Source: a bacterium (lineage in GTDB: Bacteria; Patescibacteriota; Saccharimonadia; Saccharimonadales; Saccharimonadaceae). From it: DNA of 46,357 nt. A program made the position numbers and the translations under genes. Below the pieces are notes generated by a model that was given only the letters and a program-made list of their open reading frames with translations, did no database searches and was not told the DNA's origin. Positions 1 through 9,600 of this stretch are shown piece by piece; position 1 is the stretch's first letter, and each line of letters begins with the position of its first letter. The stretch covers positions 1-46,357 of the forward strand of contig JAUIGH010000001.1 of the NCBI GenBank assembly GCA_030429935.1, written 5' to 3'.

Positions 1-261
<261 letters not shown>

Positions 262-272
262 GGTAGCCACTC

Positions 273-695
273 GTGAAGCTGCAACTGGTTACACTGACTG
301 GCACTAAACTCGACGCTGATGTGTATGAGGTAATATTGCCGACGGCCGAGGGCGAAATCGGTGTCTTTCCAGATCACGAACCGCTCATAACGCTGGCGAC
401 GCCGGGTGTCATCCAGGTCCGCACGCAAAAGTCGGATCCAGATGACCGCATGGACATCTACGCGATCGGCGGCGGTGTGATAAAGATCGATGCGGATGGT
501 ATCCGGGTCTTAGTCGACGAAGCTGATCACAGCAGTGAGATCACCGAAGCCGAAGCCCAAAAAGCTCTGGAGCGTGCTCAAGCTATGAAAGCTGAAGCCA
601 AAGACCAAGTCGAGCTGGAAAAAGCTTCAGCGCTGGTCGACCGCCACGCCGTGCGATTAAAAGTAGCTGACTTGAAACGTCGTCGACGACACTAG
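273..695 (+). CDS. atpC: F1 ATP synthase epsilon subunit
   Basis: GTG start. 140 aa. The N-terminal beta-sandwich signature (LVTLTG..DADVYEVILPTAEGEIGVFPDHEPLIT) and an Ala/Glu/Lys-rich helical C-terminus are present. It lies directly after atpD. Confidence 0.85.
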   Translation: MKLQLVTLTGTKLDADVYEVILPTAEGEIGVFPDHEPLITLATPGVIQVRTQKSDPDDRMDIYAIGGGVIKIDADGIRVLVDEADHSSEITEAEAQKALERAQAMKAEAKDQVELEKASALVDRHAVRLKVADLKRRRRH

Positions 696-702
696 AATAT
701 TC

Positions 703-1584
703 ATGCGCGAGCAACAATTCCATAATGCAGAGATGACTATGAATTTTGTGACATCACTTGGCAGTGCCGCTAATGGTTCGATCGAACCGAAATTTAAACA
801 ACATGAAAAAACTCCAGAAGTAAAAGAGCGAGTTGCAAATGGCGAGTTCTTACGGAAGGTAGATCATCAAATCATCTGTGGATGCATAGATGGCCGTTGC
901 GGCGGACAGCTACGTGTATCTTCAGCCGGCGGCACCATATCATTGATGGTGATGGATGATCTGACCACTAAGCGGTTTGCTGGTGAAGATGGCTCAACTC
1001 GTCAGGCATTAGGTAATGTTGTTGGCCACTTGCAGTCAAGTGGCTATGAGGTTGGTGGCCACACCGATGATCACGCTGCGGGCGAAAAAACTGGCTGTGG
1101 GGCGAACGATAAGTTGCCGACTATCTATTCGATGATGGTCTCGCAAGCTGCTGTGATTCGTCAGGTAGCTGAGAAAATGTCGGGCAAATCAATTGATGAT
1201 TCGGTACACAATAGTATTATTCGACAAGCATTCGCTAGAGGCTCATTTTCACCGAGTACAGACCTACGTGATGTATTGAACCAAGCCGATCAGAAAAAAC
1301 CAGCTCTCGACGAACTTCGAGGCAAACATAACGAAGTAGTCATATTAGTCAATACACGTTATGGTACGACCCTCGATCACCAGGCGCTTGAAGACGAATA
1401 TGGCCCCGACTATGAAGCATTCTGCGTGGATGCATGGGCATTTGATGCTTCCGCTTGTGCACTAGCCGAAGATCCTAATGACGAGCTAGAAATTGAAGAA
1501 AAAATTGTTGCCCTCACCTACTATAATCTCGCAACCGCATTGACATTGTGTGGGCCAAAAATGGAAGTTGTAACATCGCAATAA
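703..1584 (+). CDS. hypothetical protein with Cys/His clusters
   Basis: 293-aa ORF 8 nt after atpC. It contains CGCIDGRCGG and GGHTDDHAAGEKTGCGAND, which look like metal- or active-site clusters. I do not recognise the family. Confidence 0.5.
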   Translation: MREQQFHNAEMTMNFVTSLGSAANGSIEPKFKQHEKTPEVKERVANGEFLRKVDHQIICGCIDGRCGGQLRVSSAGGTISLMVMDDLTTKRFAGEDGSTRQALGNVVGHLQSSGYEVGGHTDDHAAGEKTGCGANDKLPTIYSMMVSQAAVIRQVAEKMSGKSIDDSVHNSIIRQAFARGSFSPSTDLRDVLNQADQKKPALDELRGKHNEVVILVNTRYGTTLDHQALEDEYGPDYEAFCVDAWAFDASACALAEDPNDELEIEEKIVALTYYNLATALTLCGPKMEVVTSQ

Positions 1585-1629
1585 TCATCTTGCGCTCGCT
1601 GAGCGCTGGCGCTAGACTAAATACAGATT

Positions 1630-3735
1630 ATGCTCTCCTCTGAATGGATATTGGCGTTATTTACGTTGCTCGCCCTGTCGGCGGGCGTGTATTTGCTATC
1701 CCAGCGCACACGGGTTCCATACACGCTGATGCTGGTATTCATCGGCTTGATATTGGTGCCGCTGGCTCAGGTGCCGGTGATCGGTCGGCCATTTACGTTT
1801 TTGGCTGAACTGCGATTGACGCCTGAGCTGCTGTTCTTGTTTTTCTTGCCGATGCTGATTTTTGAATCGGCGTTCAATATGGATATCCGCAAGATGCTCG
1901 ACAATGCCTGGACGATCACGCTGCTGGCGGTGGTCGGGCTATTGCTGTCAACATTCGGTATTGCCGCCGCGCTGTTTGTGCTATTACCGCTAGTCGGTAT
2001 CGAATTGCCGTTTGTCGTCGCGTTGCTATTTGGAGCCGTGATCTCGGCGACTGATCCGGTGGCGGTCTTGTCGTTGTTCAAGGAAATCGGCGCCCCGCGG
2101 CGGCTATCGATGATATTCGAAGGAGAAAGTCTGTTCAACGATGGTACGGCCGTCGCACTGTTTCTGGTCGTACTCGGTATTGTCCAGAGTGGGTTTGACG
2201 GGGCTGGGACGGTCGTCGATGGCGCTGGGTTGTTCCTGCAAATGGTTGGGCTCGGCATTGTATTTGGCTTGATCATGGCCGGTGTATTTACTGTTATCGT
2301 TCGTGCAGTCCGGGCCAATCCTTTCGTTTCGGCTACACTGCTGTTGGTGTCGTCGCACATCGTCTTTATCACCAGCGAATTGATCACAGAACATGGGCTA
2401 TTCGGTATGAATCTGTCGATCTCGTCGATCATCGCTACAACGATTGCTGGACTGTTCCTCGGAAATTATGCGCGCCACACGCTGACCGCTACCAGTGAGG
2501 ATTATCTAGGTAAAGTCACCGAACATTTCGCCTTCATGGCCAACTCGCTGGTGTTTATCCTGGCTGGTCTGCTCTTTGCGTCGTCAGGCATCGATTTTGG
2601 CAGTTTGATTGCGCCGATACTCATCACTGTCGCGGTCGTCATGGTTGTGCGGGCGCTGAGTGTGTTTGCGGTCACTCGTCCGATCCGGGTGCTTCGCTTG
2701 GAGCGCTCGATACCATTTAGCTGGGAGCTGTTGCTGTCGTGGGGCAGTCTGCGCGGTGCGCTCGCCATCATCGTGGTGCTACTGATCCCAGAAAACCTGA
2801 CCGTTATGAGCGGCGAGACCGAATACATCGTACGCGACTTACTACTAGCGCTGACGGTAGGCTGCATCTTGGTGACGTTGTTTATCAAAGCGCCGCTCAT
2901 CCCGTACTTGATCCGTAAGCTGCATATCAACGATCCCGAGCCGCTGGAACGGGCGCTCAATGCCGACCTGGGTATCTACTATTTGCTGGTTGCCAAATCC
3001 CGCCTGGGTACGCACCGGACGCGCGGATTTGTGCGCGAAGACGACTTTACCGACCTGGTGGCATCGCTCGACAAACGCCTCGACACCGCAGCGTCGGAGC
3101 GGTTTGCGCTGATATCTCGCCACGGCAAAAAAGTTTTTGAGCAGTCGCTGCATCTGATCGCTATCAACAGCGAAGAACATACGCTGAAGCAGCTCTATAC
3201 CAACGACGAAATTTCCGAGAGTGTCTACCGCAAGCTGATCGGCAAGCTCCACCTGCAGCGTGAAAAGATCGAAGCCGCCCAGCATGACACCATCGATCCG
3301 TCCAAATATTCCGACCAAAAAGATATCTTCGATGCGCTGGTGCGTTGGCTCAACCGCTTGATCCGTCGTCAGGTCACCGCTGACACCACGATCGGCAAGT
3401 TGCAATATTACCGCGCCCAGATGATTATGGCGCGCAAAGTCACTAAAGCCTTGGGCCTAATGCAAAAAGAAGCCGTCGAGGGCGTCTTCGTGCCAGAGAT
3501 TTATGACAAAGTCATCGCCCGCTACGACGGCTATCGCAGCCAAAACGCCGCCAAAGTCGACCGGATGCTCGAGCAGCACCCCGATGAATTATCACCATAC
3601 TTGGCGACGCTCGCCGGCCGGGCGCTCGATGCGTCTGGTGGCCGTGCGCTAGAATATCTTGAGACGCGAGGTCTGGTGGATGAGCACACCGAGGCTCGGG
3701 TGCGCGAAGTCTACGGCAGCTACGCTACCAAGTAA
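1630..3735 (+). CDS. CPA1-family cation/proton (Na+/H+) antiporter with long cytoplasmic C-terminal domain
   Basis: About 12 hydrophobic segments. CPA1 hallmarks are GAVISATDPVAV and FEGESLFNDGTAVALF. A soluble tail of about 270 aa follows. Confidence 0.8.
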   Translation: MLSSEWILALFTLLALSAGVYLLSQRTRVPYTLMLVFIGLILVPLAQVPVIGRPFTFLAELRLTPELLFLFFLPMLIFESAFNMDIRKMLDNAWTITLLAVVGLLLSTFGIAAALFVLLPLVGIELPFVVALLFGAVISATDPVAVLSLFKEIGAPRRLSMIFEGESLFNDGTAVALFLVVLGIVQSGFDGAGTVVDGAGLFLQMVGLGIVFGLIMAGVFTVIVRAVRANPFVSATLLLVSSHIVFITSELITEHGLFGMNLSISSIIATTIAGLFLGNYARHTLTATSEDYLGKVTEHFAFMANSLVFILAGLLFASSGIDFGSLIAPILITVAVVMVVRALSVFAVTRPIRVLRLERSIPFSWELLLSWGSLRGALAIIVVLLIPENLTVMSGETEYIVRDLLLALTVGCILVTLFIKAPLIPYLIRKLHINDPEPLERALNADLGIYYLLVAKSRLGTHRTRGFVREDDFTDLVASLDKRLDTAASERFALISRHGKKVFEQSLHLIAINSEEHTLKQLYTNDEISESVYRKLIGKLHLQREKIEAAQHDTIDPSKYSDQKDIFDALVRWLNRLIRRQVTADTTIGKLQYYRAQMIMARKVTKALGLMQKEAVEGVFVPEIYDKVIARYDGYRSQNAAKVDRMLEQHPDELSPYLATLAGRALDASGGRALEYLETRGLVDEHTEARVREVYGSYATK

Positions 3736-3738
3736 ACG

Positions 3739-4683
3739 CTAGGCTTCGTTGTATATGCTGGTGTCGGTGTCAAAGTTTTCGTCGAACAATGATGGAGATG
3801 ACGACGGAGTCTCTCCGGTCGCTGCAAGCAGTGCAAATGCCGCGATCGCAGCCAATACCAGCAAGTAGTTCAGTGGGTCAGTCGATTGTTTGGTCAGAGC
3901 GCCAGCGTGCGCCAGTGCTGACTGATGGTAACGAAAATACAATGGTGCTGAAGCCAGGACGTTGAGCAAGCCGAGGGCGACGTAAACGATTAAAACAATG
4001 ATAATAGTCGCCACATCTGGTAATCCTGTTGCGGCTGCGGCGGTCAGTGTAGCTGCAGCAGTGGCGAGCGATACGATAACTACCGCTGCCGATCCGGCGC
4101 CAATAATGTCCCACAGGTGACCAGACGTCAGTTTGAACGAACGTTTGATAGCGTCGATAGCACCGATGTCTTCGTTGGCGATGATCGCGTTCATGTACGC
4201 CAAGCGAAGAGCGATATATATGCCAGGCACGATCAGTAGGATAAAGCCAGCGATGATCATCAGGCCAGCTAGTATGTTAGCTACGATGTACGTAAATAGT
4301 CGCTGCAACCCACGGCGAAGTGCCGCGAGTATAGGCGTTTTCTGCATATTTTGGGCTTGGACATACATGTAGTCGACGGCGACATTGACGACGAAGATGC
4401 CAAACACAAATACAATTCCGACCAAAAACAGCGCGACACTGATCGTCGGTGCGACCACATCGCTCGCGGTGCTGTTGTCGCCAGTGACGAAGCTGAGAAA
4501 GCTGACGCCCGCAAAGCCCATAATTAGACCGAACCCGACGACGATAAAGCCGAGCACCATTGCGATCATCCGCCACAGATTAGTACGGTATATGCGGCGG
4601 ACGCTTTCCATAAACGCAGTGATAGGTTGCGAGACGTATGTTTCGTTTTCGATTGGTTGATTGATGACGCGGTCGGTGCTCAC
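3739..4683 (-). CDS. polytopic membrane protein, unknown function
   Basis: 314-aa ORF with several long hydrophobic stretches and no recognisable catalytic motif. Confidence 0.55.
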   Translation of the reverse strand: MSTDRVINQPIENETYVSQPITAFMESVRRIYRTNLWRMIAMVLGFIVVGFGLIMGFAGVSFLSFVTGDNSTASDVVAPTISVALFLVGIVFVFGIFVVNVAVDYMYVQAQNMQKTPILAALRRGLQRLFTYIVANILAGLMIIAGFILLIVPGIYIALRLAYMNAIIANEDIGAIDAIKRSFKLTSGHLWDIIGAGSAAVVIVSLATAAATLTAAAATGLPDVATIIIVLIVYVALGLLNVLASAPLYFRYHQSALAHAGALTKQSTDPLNYLLVLAAIAAFALLAATGETPSSSPSLFDENFDTDTSIYNEA

Positions 4684-4716
4684 TGCTCGGCTCCTCTGGA
4701 GTTAGTTGTATGCGCT

Positions 4717-5700
4717 CTAGTGTACGCTAGTCGTGTCGATGTGCGCAATAACCGCGCGCGCCTCGTCGGTGCTGGTGGTGTGCATCAATTGATCGCGCAC
4801 GGCTGCGGCGCCATCAAAATCGCGTACATAGATTTTATAGAATCGCTTCAATGTTTCGTACGGCCGGCCAGTTTTCTCACTCCAGATGTCATATAGATCG
4901 AGATGAAGCTGGAGAAGATCGATCAGGTCTCTTGTCGTGTGAGTTGTGTCCAGTGAAGCAAACGCAAACGGGTCATGAAACACGCCGCGACCGATCATGA
5001 CACCGTTGACCCCAGGATTGTCGCGGATGAGTTGCTCGCCGTGTGCCCTGTCCACGATATCGCCGTTGATGGTCAGCAAGGTATCCGGTGCGATCTCATC
5101 ACGTAACGCCACGATGTCTGGGATCAGCTCATGATGAGCCGGGACTTTGCTCATCTCTTTTTTGGTTCGCAAGTGGATCGTCAAGTTGACGATGTCTTGA
5201 GAGAGCAGTGTGGTCAGCCAGTCGCGCCACTCGTCGACGCGGGTGTAGCCGAGTCGGGTTTTGACACTGACCGGCAGGCCGGCGGTTTTGGCGGCTTTGA
5301 TACTAGCGATGGCGAGTTCTGGCTTGCGGATCAGGGCTGAGCCGCCGGATTTAATCGCTGACTTGGCTGGGCAGCCCATGTTGATATCGATGCCATCAAA
5401 GCCGAGCTCACGGCAATGCACCGCCAGTTGCTCCATGTCGCCTGGTTCCCCGCCCCAGATCTGAGCGATGATCGGCTGTTCGTCGTCGGTTTTGATCAAA
5501 CGGCCACCGATGGCTTTTTCGCCTGCGTGTACCCAGCCCGTGGCGTTGGTAAATTCGCTGTACCACAGATCGGGCGGCGCAGCCTGAGCGATAACATGAC
5601 GAAAAATCACGTCAGTGACGGCTTCCATAGGTGCCAAGATAAAAAATGGCTGCGGGAGCTGTTGCCAAACAGTGTTCATTGGTTTCATTATCTCATACAT
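4717..5700 (-). CDS. dus: tRNA-dihydrouridine synthase
   Basis: FILAPMEAVTD, DGIDINMGCPAKS and LTIHLRT are Dus/TIM-barrel flavoenzyme motifs. I chose the start at ATG 5700 (MYEIMKPMN...). The 65-codon upstream extension in the ORF track has no family similarity and runs through a terminator hairpin. Confidence 0.8.
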   Translation of the reverse strand: MYEIMKPMNTVWQQLPQPFFILAPMEAVTDVIFRHVIAQAAPPDLWYSEFTNATGWVHAGEKAIGGRLIKTDDEQPIIAQIWGGEPGDMEQLAVHCRELGFDGIDINMGCPAKSAIKSGGSALIRKPELAIASIKAAKTAGLPVSVKTRLGYTRVDEWRDWLTTLLSQDIVNLTIHLRTKKEMSKVPAHHELIPDIVALRDEIAPDTLLTINGDIVDRAHGEQLIRDNPGVNGVMIGRGVFHDPFAFASLDTTHTTRDLIDLLQLHLDLYDIWSEKTGRPYETLKRFYKIYVRDFDGAAAVRDQLMHTTSTDEARAVIAHIDTTSVH

Positions 5701-5728
5701 GGGAAAAGCCCGCGATTGCTCGCGGGCT
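5701..5728 (-). terminator. terminator-like hairpin directly upstream of the dus start
   Basis: The minus strand reads AGCCCGCG-agcaat-CGCGGGCT followed by TTTTCCC and then the ATG at 5700. Confidence 0.4.
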
Positions 5729-5996
5729 ACAGTGTGGGGAGGACGGGCATAGTCCTCACTTTGAATATCGATCAGTCTGATTATGGCGGTGGGAATCAGA
5801 ATGAGATTCAGACAAAGGATCGACCTGATCGGTCGGCGATCACCCTGGGTTGATATCGTATACGGCTGCACTGTTTCCACCTCGTGGTATCTCATGAGAG
5901 ATATTGACGAGACAGTGCCCTGGTTCGCGAGAAAAGCTCGCGGCGCCAGATACCGGCATCGATATCGATGTGTTTGGCTGAATGTGCTCTAGAAGT

Positions 5997-6262
5997 GCCA
6001 CCCTGCTGTGTTTTCCAGGCACAGCAGGGTGGCTCGTGCGCAGCATGTTGCGACAGAGGCCTTGATCCTCGGTCGAACTTGCGCACGGGCGCGGGGTGTC
6101 CCTTCCCGCGATTACACCAGCCAGACCGGGTAGATGGAGGAGCCCCGACCTGGCTGGCGGCTTTAGGTGCCGGGTGGCAAGCGTAGGTGCGACGAGGCAC
6201 TTGGCTCACTTCACCACCCGGCGGGGTCATGGGACCCCGGTCGCATAGCCCCGACGGCGTAT
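5997..6262. ncRNA. unassigned GC-rich, highly structured non-coding region (candidate ncRNA)
   Basis: No credible ORF. Multiple strong helices are visible: a 14-bp perfect hairpin at 5997-6033, a roughly 14-bp hairpin at 6117-6157 (ccagccagaccggg/cccgacctggctgg) and long-range ccgggtgg/ccacccgg pairing. It lies between a tRNA and dus. Strand and identity are unresolved. Confidence 0.3.
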
Positions 6263-6270
6263 ACGACCAG

Positions 6271-6342
6271 AGGACATGTCGGGAATCGAACCCGAGACCT
6301 ATACCCTGGTAGGGCAACGCTCTGCCACTGAGCTACATGTCC
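6271..6342 (-). tRNA. tRNA, apparent anticodon ACC (Gly-like identity), CCA not encoded
   Basis: Minus-strand cloverleaf: acceptor GGACATG/CATGTCC, D arm GCTC-AGTGGCA-GAGC, anticodon arm TTGCC-CTACCAG-GGTAT, variable AGGTC, T arm TCGGG-TTCGATT-CCCGA, discriminator T. Confidence 0.75.
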
Positions 6343-6372
6343 GAGGCCAGCCGGTGTGTCGGCTGGCAAATT

Positions 6373-6537
6373 TTACTTCAACACCTCCTTTCCGCAGTGA
6401 CAGCATTTGTAGCCGTCACTGCTTTGCAGGTCCAGACCATTGTAGTAGATGGTCTGGAAGCATTTGCCGCAGCTGGACTCGGTTATCCAAAGTCCCTGCG
6501 GCTTCGCCGAGGTATGGGTGTAGGTGTAGGCGTCCAC
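6373..6537 (-). CDS. possible small zinc-ribbon-like protein (54 aa)
   Basis: Minus-strand ORF below the track cutoff: VDAYTYTHTSAKPQGLWITESSCGKCFQTIYYNGLDLQSSDGYKCCHCGKEVLK. It has CxxC...CxxC spacing and GC-biased third codon positions like the backbone. GAAGGGAG lies just upstream of a GTG start with short spacing. Confidence 0.35.
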   Translation of the reverse strand: MDAYTYTHTSAKPQGLWITESSCGKCFQTIYYNGLDLQSSDGYKCCHCGKEVLK

Positions 6538-6641
6538 CTCCCTTCAAAGGTGAATTCAAGCACATTCTGTCAATGAACAACTCCACACGCGGAGCAGTCA
6601 AAGACTTCAATGCTACACGAATAGAATTATAAATTACTTTA

Positions 6642-9600
6642 TCAGCTACAAGTGTATTTGTCAATAATGTCCGCTTCGTATTGTTGGATGCCCCGTAAAT
6701 TTTGCTCATAGCCCGACACGTCCGGTAGGTTGAGCGTGGTGATACACTCCCAGACGCCAGCGATCAGACGACGAAATTCTGCTAGCTCATCAGAACTAAA
6801 TGATTGCTCGAGCGCTAAGATATCGCCGCTCTGTGTCGGCTCGACAAACTGCAGGACTCCCCCATCGAACTGGTAGTTGGTATAATCACGCGAGTTTTCG
6901 ACCAGCAGTTGGTAAAACATCAGTTGCTGACGATAGCGATGCAGTTTCATCTTTTCGTACTCGGTTTTGCCGCGCCAATCACGGCTGGGTTTGCCGGTTT
7001 TGTAGTCGGTGACGCGAATGGTTTTTGCCGTAGTATCTATGTCTACTAGGTCGAGTGCGCCGGTCAGCCGAGCATCGCCGACTACGACGTCTTGGCCACC
7101 AAAGCCGAGCTCGGTTTGCTGCGACGTGTCGAAGCTGTCATAGCGGTCGGCCAAAAACGCGCTCAGCGAATCGATGCCGCGTGCCAGGTAGGTGTCAAAT
7201 TCGTGCTCTGGCAGGTGCTGGTCGCCCAGGATGCGTTCGTAATCGCCCAGTATGTCTTCGACTGGACGTTTGCTGCCGGTCGCGCGGTAGGTGTCGTGCG
7301 CGCGCTGCAGCGTAGCGTGGATAGCGGTGCCGAATTGGGCCGAAGCGGATTTGGCCTGCGGAAAGCGCAGTAGGTTGCTCAGCAAGAAATGTTGCGGTCC
7401 ACCGCGTGTGACATCGAGGAAATTGCCTAGGTGGGTGGCGGATAGTTTGTAGCGCTCGAGTGTCGGCGCCAGCAGCTGACGCATATCGCTAGTCATCGGG
7501 CGAGTCAACGTGCTACGCCAGTCCAGCGCGGTTTGCTCGGTCAGTGCTTCGATCGACGGTGTGCTGTCGGTCGTCTGTGGCGATAGTGACAAATCGGTCA
7601 AGAAGCTGGCGGCCAGTGTGGCCCGAGCATCGGCGGATTCCAGGCTGTAGCTGATATCCAGGCTAGCCCGCGCGCGAGTCATCGCCACGTAAAACAGCCG
7701 CAGTCGCTCGTCGTAGCTGTCGCCGACAGGCGCTAGCGGCAAATTGTGAGGATAACTAATCAAGCGCGAACGGCCACGCACCCGCTCGCCCCACATGCTA
7801 TCGATGGCGCCGACGATGTAGACATGATCAAATTCCAGACCTTTTGATTTATGAGCGGTCATCAGATTGATCCGGCCGGCCGATTGGTCGCTGCGGTGGC
7901 GGATGATGGTTAGCGGTGTGCCCAGTTCGCGGTGCATGGTGAGGTATTCCAGAAAAGCCTGGACCGTCGGCTCGTCATGTCCAGCGTGTTCGCGTACTCG
8001 GTCACGGATGGTGCGCAGGGCTTCGAGCGCGTCGAGGTACAGGTCGGGTTGAGTAGCGAGTTTATCAGAGCTGAAGAAATAGTTATAGAGCGGCGAGGTG
8101 AACGAGTGTGGTGCGTCTACAGCATCGTTGGTGTCGTCCAGCTCCACTCTTCCATCCTCACCATCTCGGCTGGCTTCGCGCCCAGAATCGACCACGGCTT
8201 CAGCGCGTGTCGTTTCTGGGGCTGCAGATAGCGCTCGATGGTTGAGGCTGTCAGAGTACAACTCACTCTCAGCCGCCCGCGAACCATCACTCGCCGAAGA
8301 CTCCACGTTCCCCGTGGAGCGCGAGTAAGATGATAGTAACTGGCGCTCGCGCGTGTCTGAGGAGAGTGGTGGTCGTGAGGTGGCGGAAATAGCCTGACTC
8401 GACCCAAGCACTTCATCAATCTGCTGCTCTAAGCTCTCGATGTGGATGGCGGCCGAGCGGATGATCAGCCAGTCAGCGAATGGTTTGAATACAGGATTGG
8501 CTTGCATCAATTCTAGCCACAGCTGGCGGTTGCGGTAGCTCGCCAGGCTGAGTTGGTAGATGTTGACGGGATCGTAGCCAAAAGCTGGGTGCGCCAATAT
8601 CTCGGGTAGTAGCGCATCGGCTTCGTCGTGGGCGTCACGGTGCAACGCGTCGATGATCAGCAGTAGGTGTTCGATCAGTCGGATGACATCGTGGCTGAGT
8701 GCGTCGTCACGGCGTTCGTAGTTGACGGCAATCCCCTGCTGCGCTAGATACGGCAACAGCGCCACCAATTCGTGGTGTCGGCGGGCAAAGACGGCGATCG
8801 ACTCTGGTTCCGCGCCGTCGTCTATGCGGGAGCGGATGGCGGCTGCGACAGCCTGGCGCTCGGCCAGCGCCGACGAATACTCGTGCAGCTGGACGGTTGA
8901 TTCGCCGCTGCGATGCGCTGTCAGTTCTTTGGACAAGCCGTCCATCGTCTGCTCCAGTCGATCAGTTCCTTGGGTGATGACAGCTCGAGAGTGCTCGAGC
9001 ACTGGCTGACCAGAGCGGTAATTATCGGTCAGCACGAGCACCGGTGGGTCATCATAGCGCACCCGAAAACTATGCACATTTGATGTATCTGCGCCCTGAA
9101 AACTATAAATCGCCTGATCGTCGTCGCCGACCGCCATGATGTTGGCGTCAGCGTCCGGTGCCAGTGTGTACAGCAGACGTAGCTGCGCCAGGCTCGTGTC
9201 TTGAAATTCGTCGACCATCAGATATAGGTATTTTTCCTGGATGTTAGCGCGCAAATCCGACTGGGTTTCGAGCGCGTGAATGACCTGCAGGATCATGTCG
9301 TCGTAATCATACAGACCGGCTTCTTCCATGCGGCGCATGTATTCGTAGTAGATATGGCTGAGGGCGCGGAGTTTGGTGTGGCGTCGGCGATCTTTGAAAA
9401 CAAAGGCGCCTTCGGAGTCTTTTTCGAGCCATGTGGCTTTCCAGGCGCTGATAGGCTTAGTACTGTCGGCTTCGGTGGCTTGGTCGACAGCTTGGGCGAT
9501 CGATAGTGCCAAGGTGTTGGCCAGCGGTGTGATGCCGGCAGGCAATGAGGGCTGCGGGATGTCGGCGACGGTCTGAGCGATCGGCGCCAGTTGCTCGGCG

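Noticed and set aside
1767-3405. Long antisense ORFs inside the antiporter gene (1767-2432, 2104-2394, 2502-2960, 2845-3405). Similar ones lie inside the helicase (for example 9293-9697), cysS (37308-37802) and dnaX (43486-43830, 44047-44481).
   Set aside because: These are typical shadow ORFs of GC-rich coding DNA. They have no motifs, and the sense-strand genes have clear family signatures.
5701-5895. 65-codon N-terminal extension of dus given by the ORF track
   Set aside because: The extension has no Dus similarity and reads through a terminator hairpin (5701-5728). The conserved Dus N-terminus begins right after ATG 5700.
5997-6033. 14-bp perfect hairpin as a rho-independent terminator
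   Set aside because: There is no U/T tract after the stem on either strand; the only T run is inside the loop. It is treated as part of the structured region.
5997-6262. Calling the structured region RNase P RNA, SRP RNA, tmRNA or 6S RNA
   Set aside because: I searched both strands by eye for GAGGAAAGTCC, ACAGAA..CGGCTTA, GGAAGCAGC and a 3' tRNA-like T arm with CCA, and found none. It is left as unassigned rather than named.
6346-6367. Hairpin GCCAGCCG...CGGCTGGC as a terminator
   Set aside because: On the minus strand it is followed directly by the tRNA 5' end with no U tract. On the plus strand it is followed by AAATTTTAC, not a clean T run. It may be a processing or attenuation structure, but this is not supportable.
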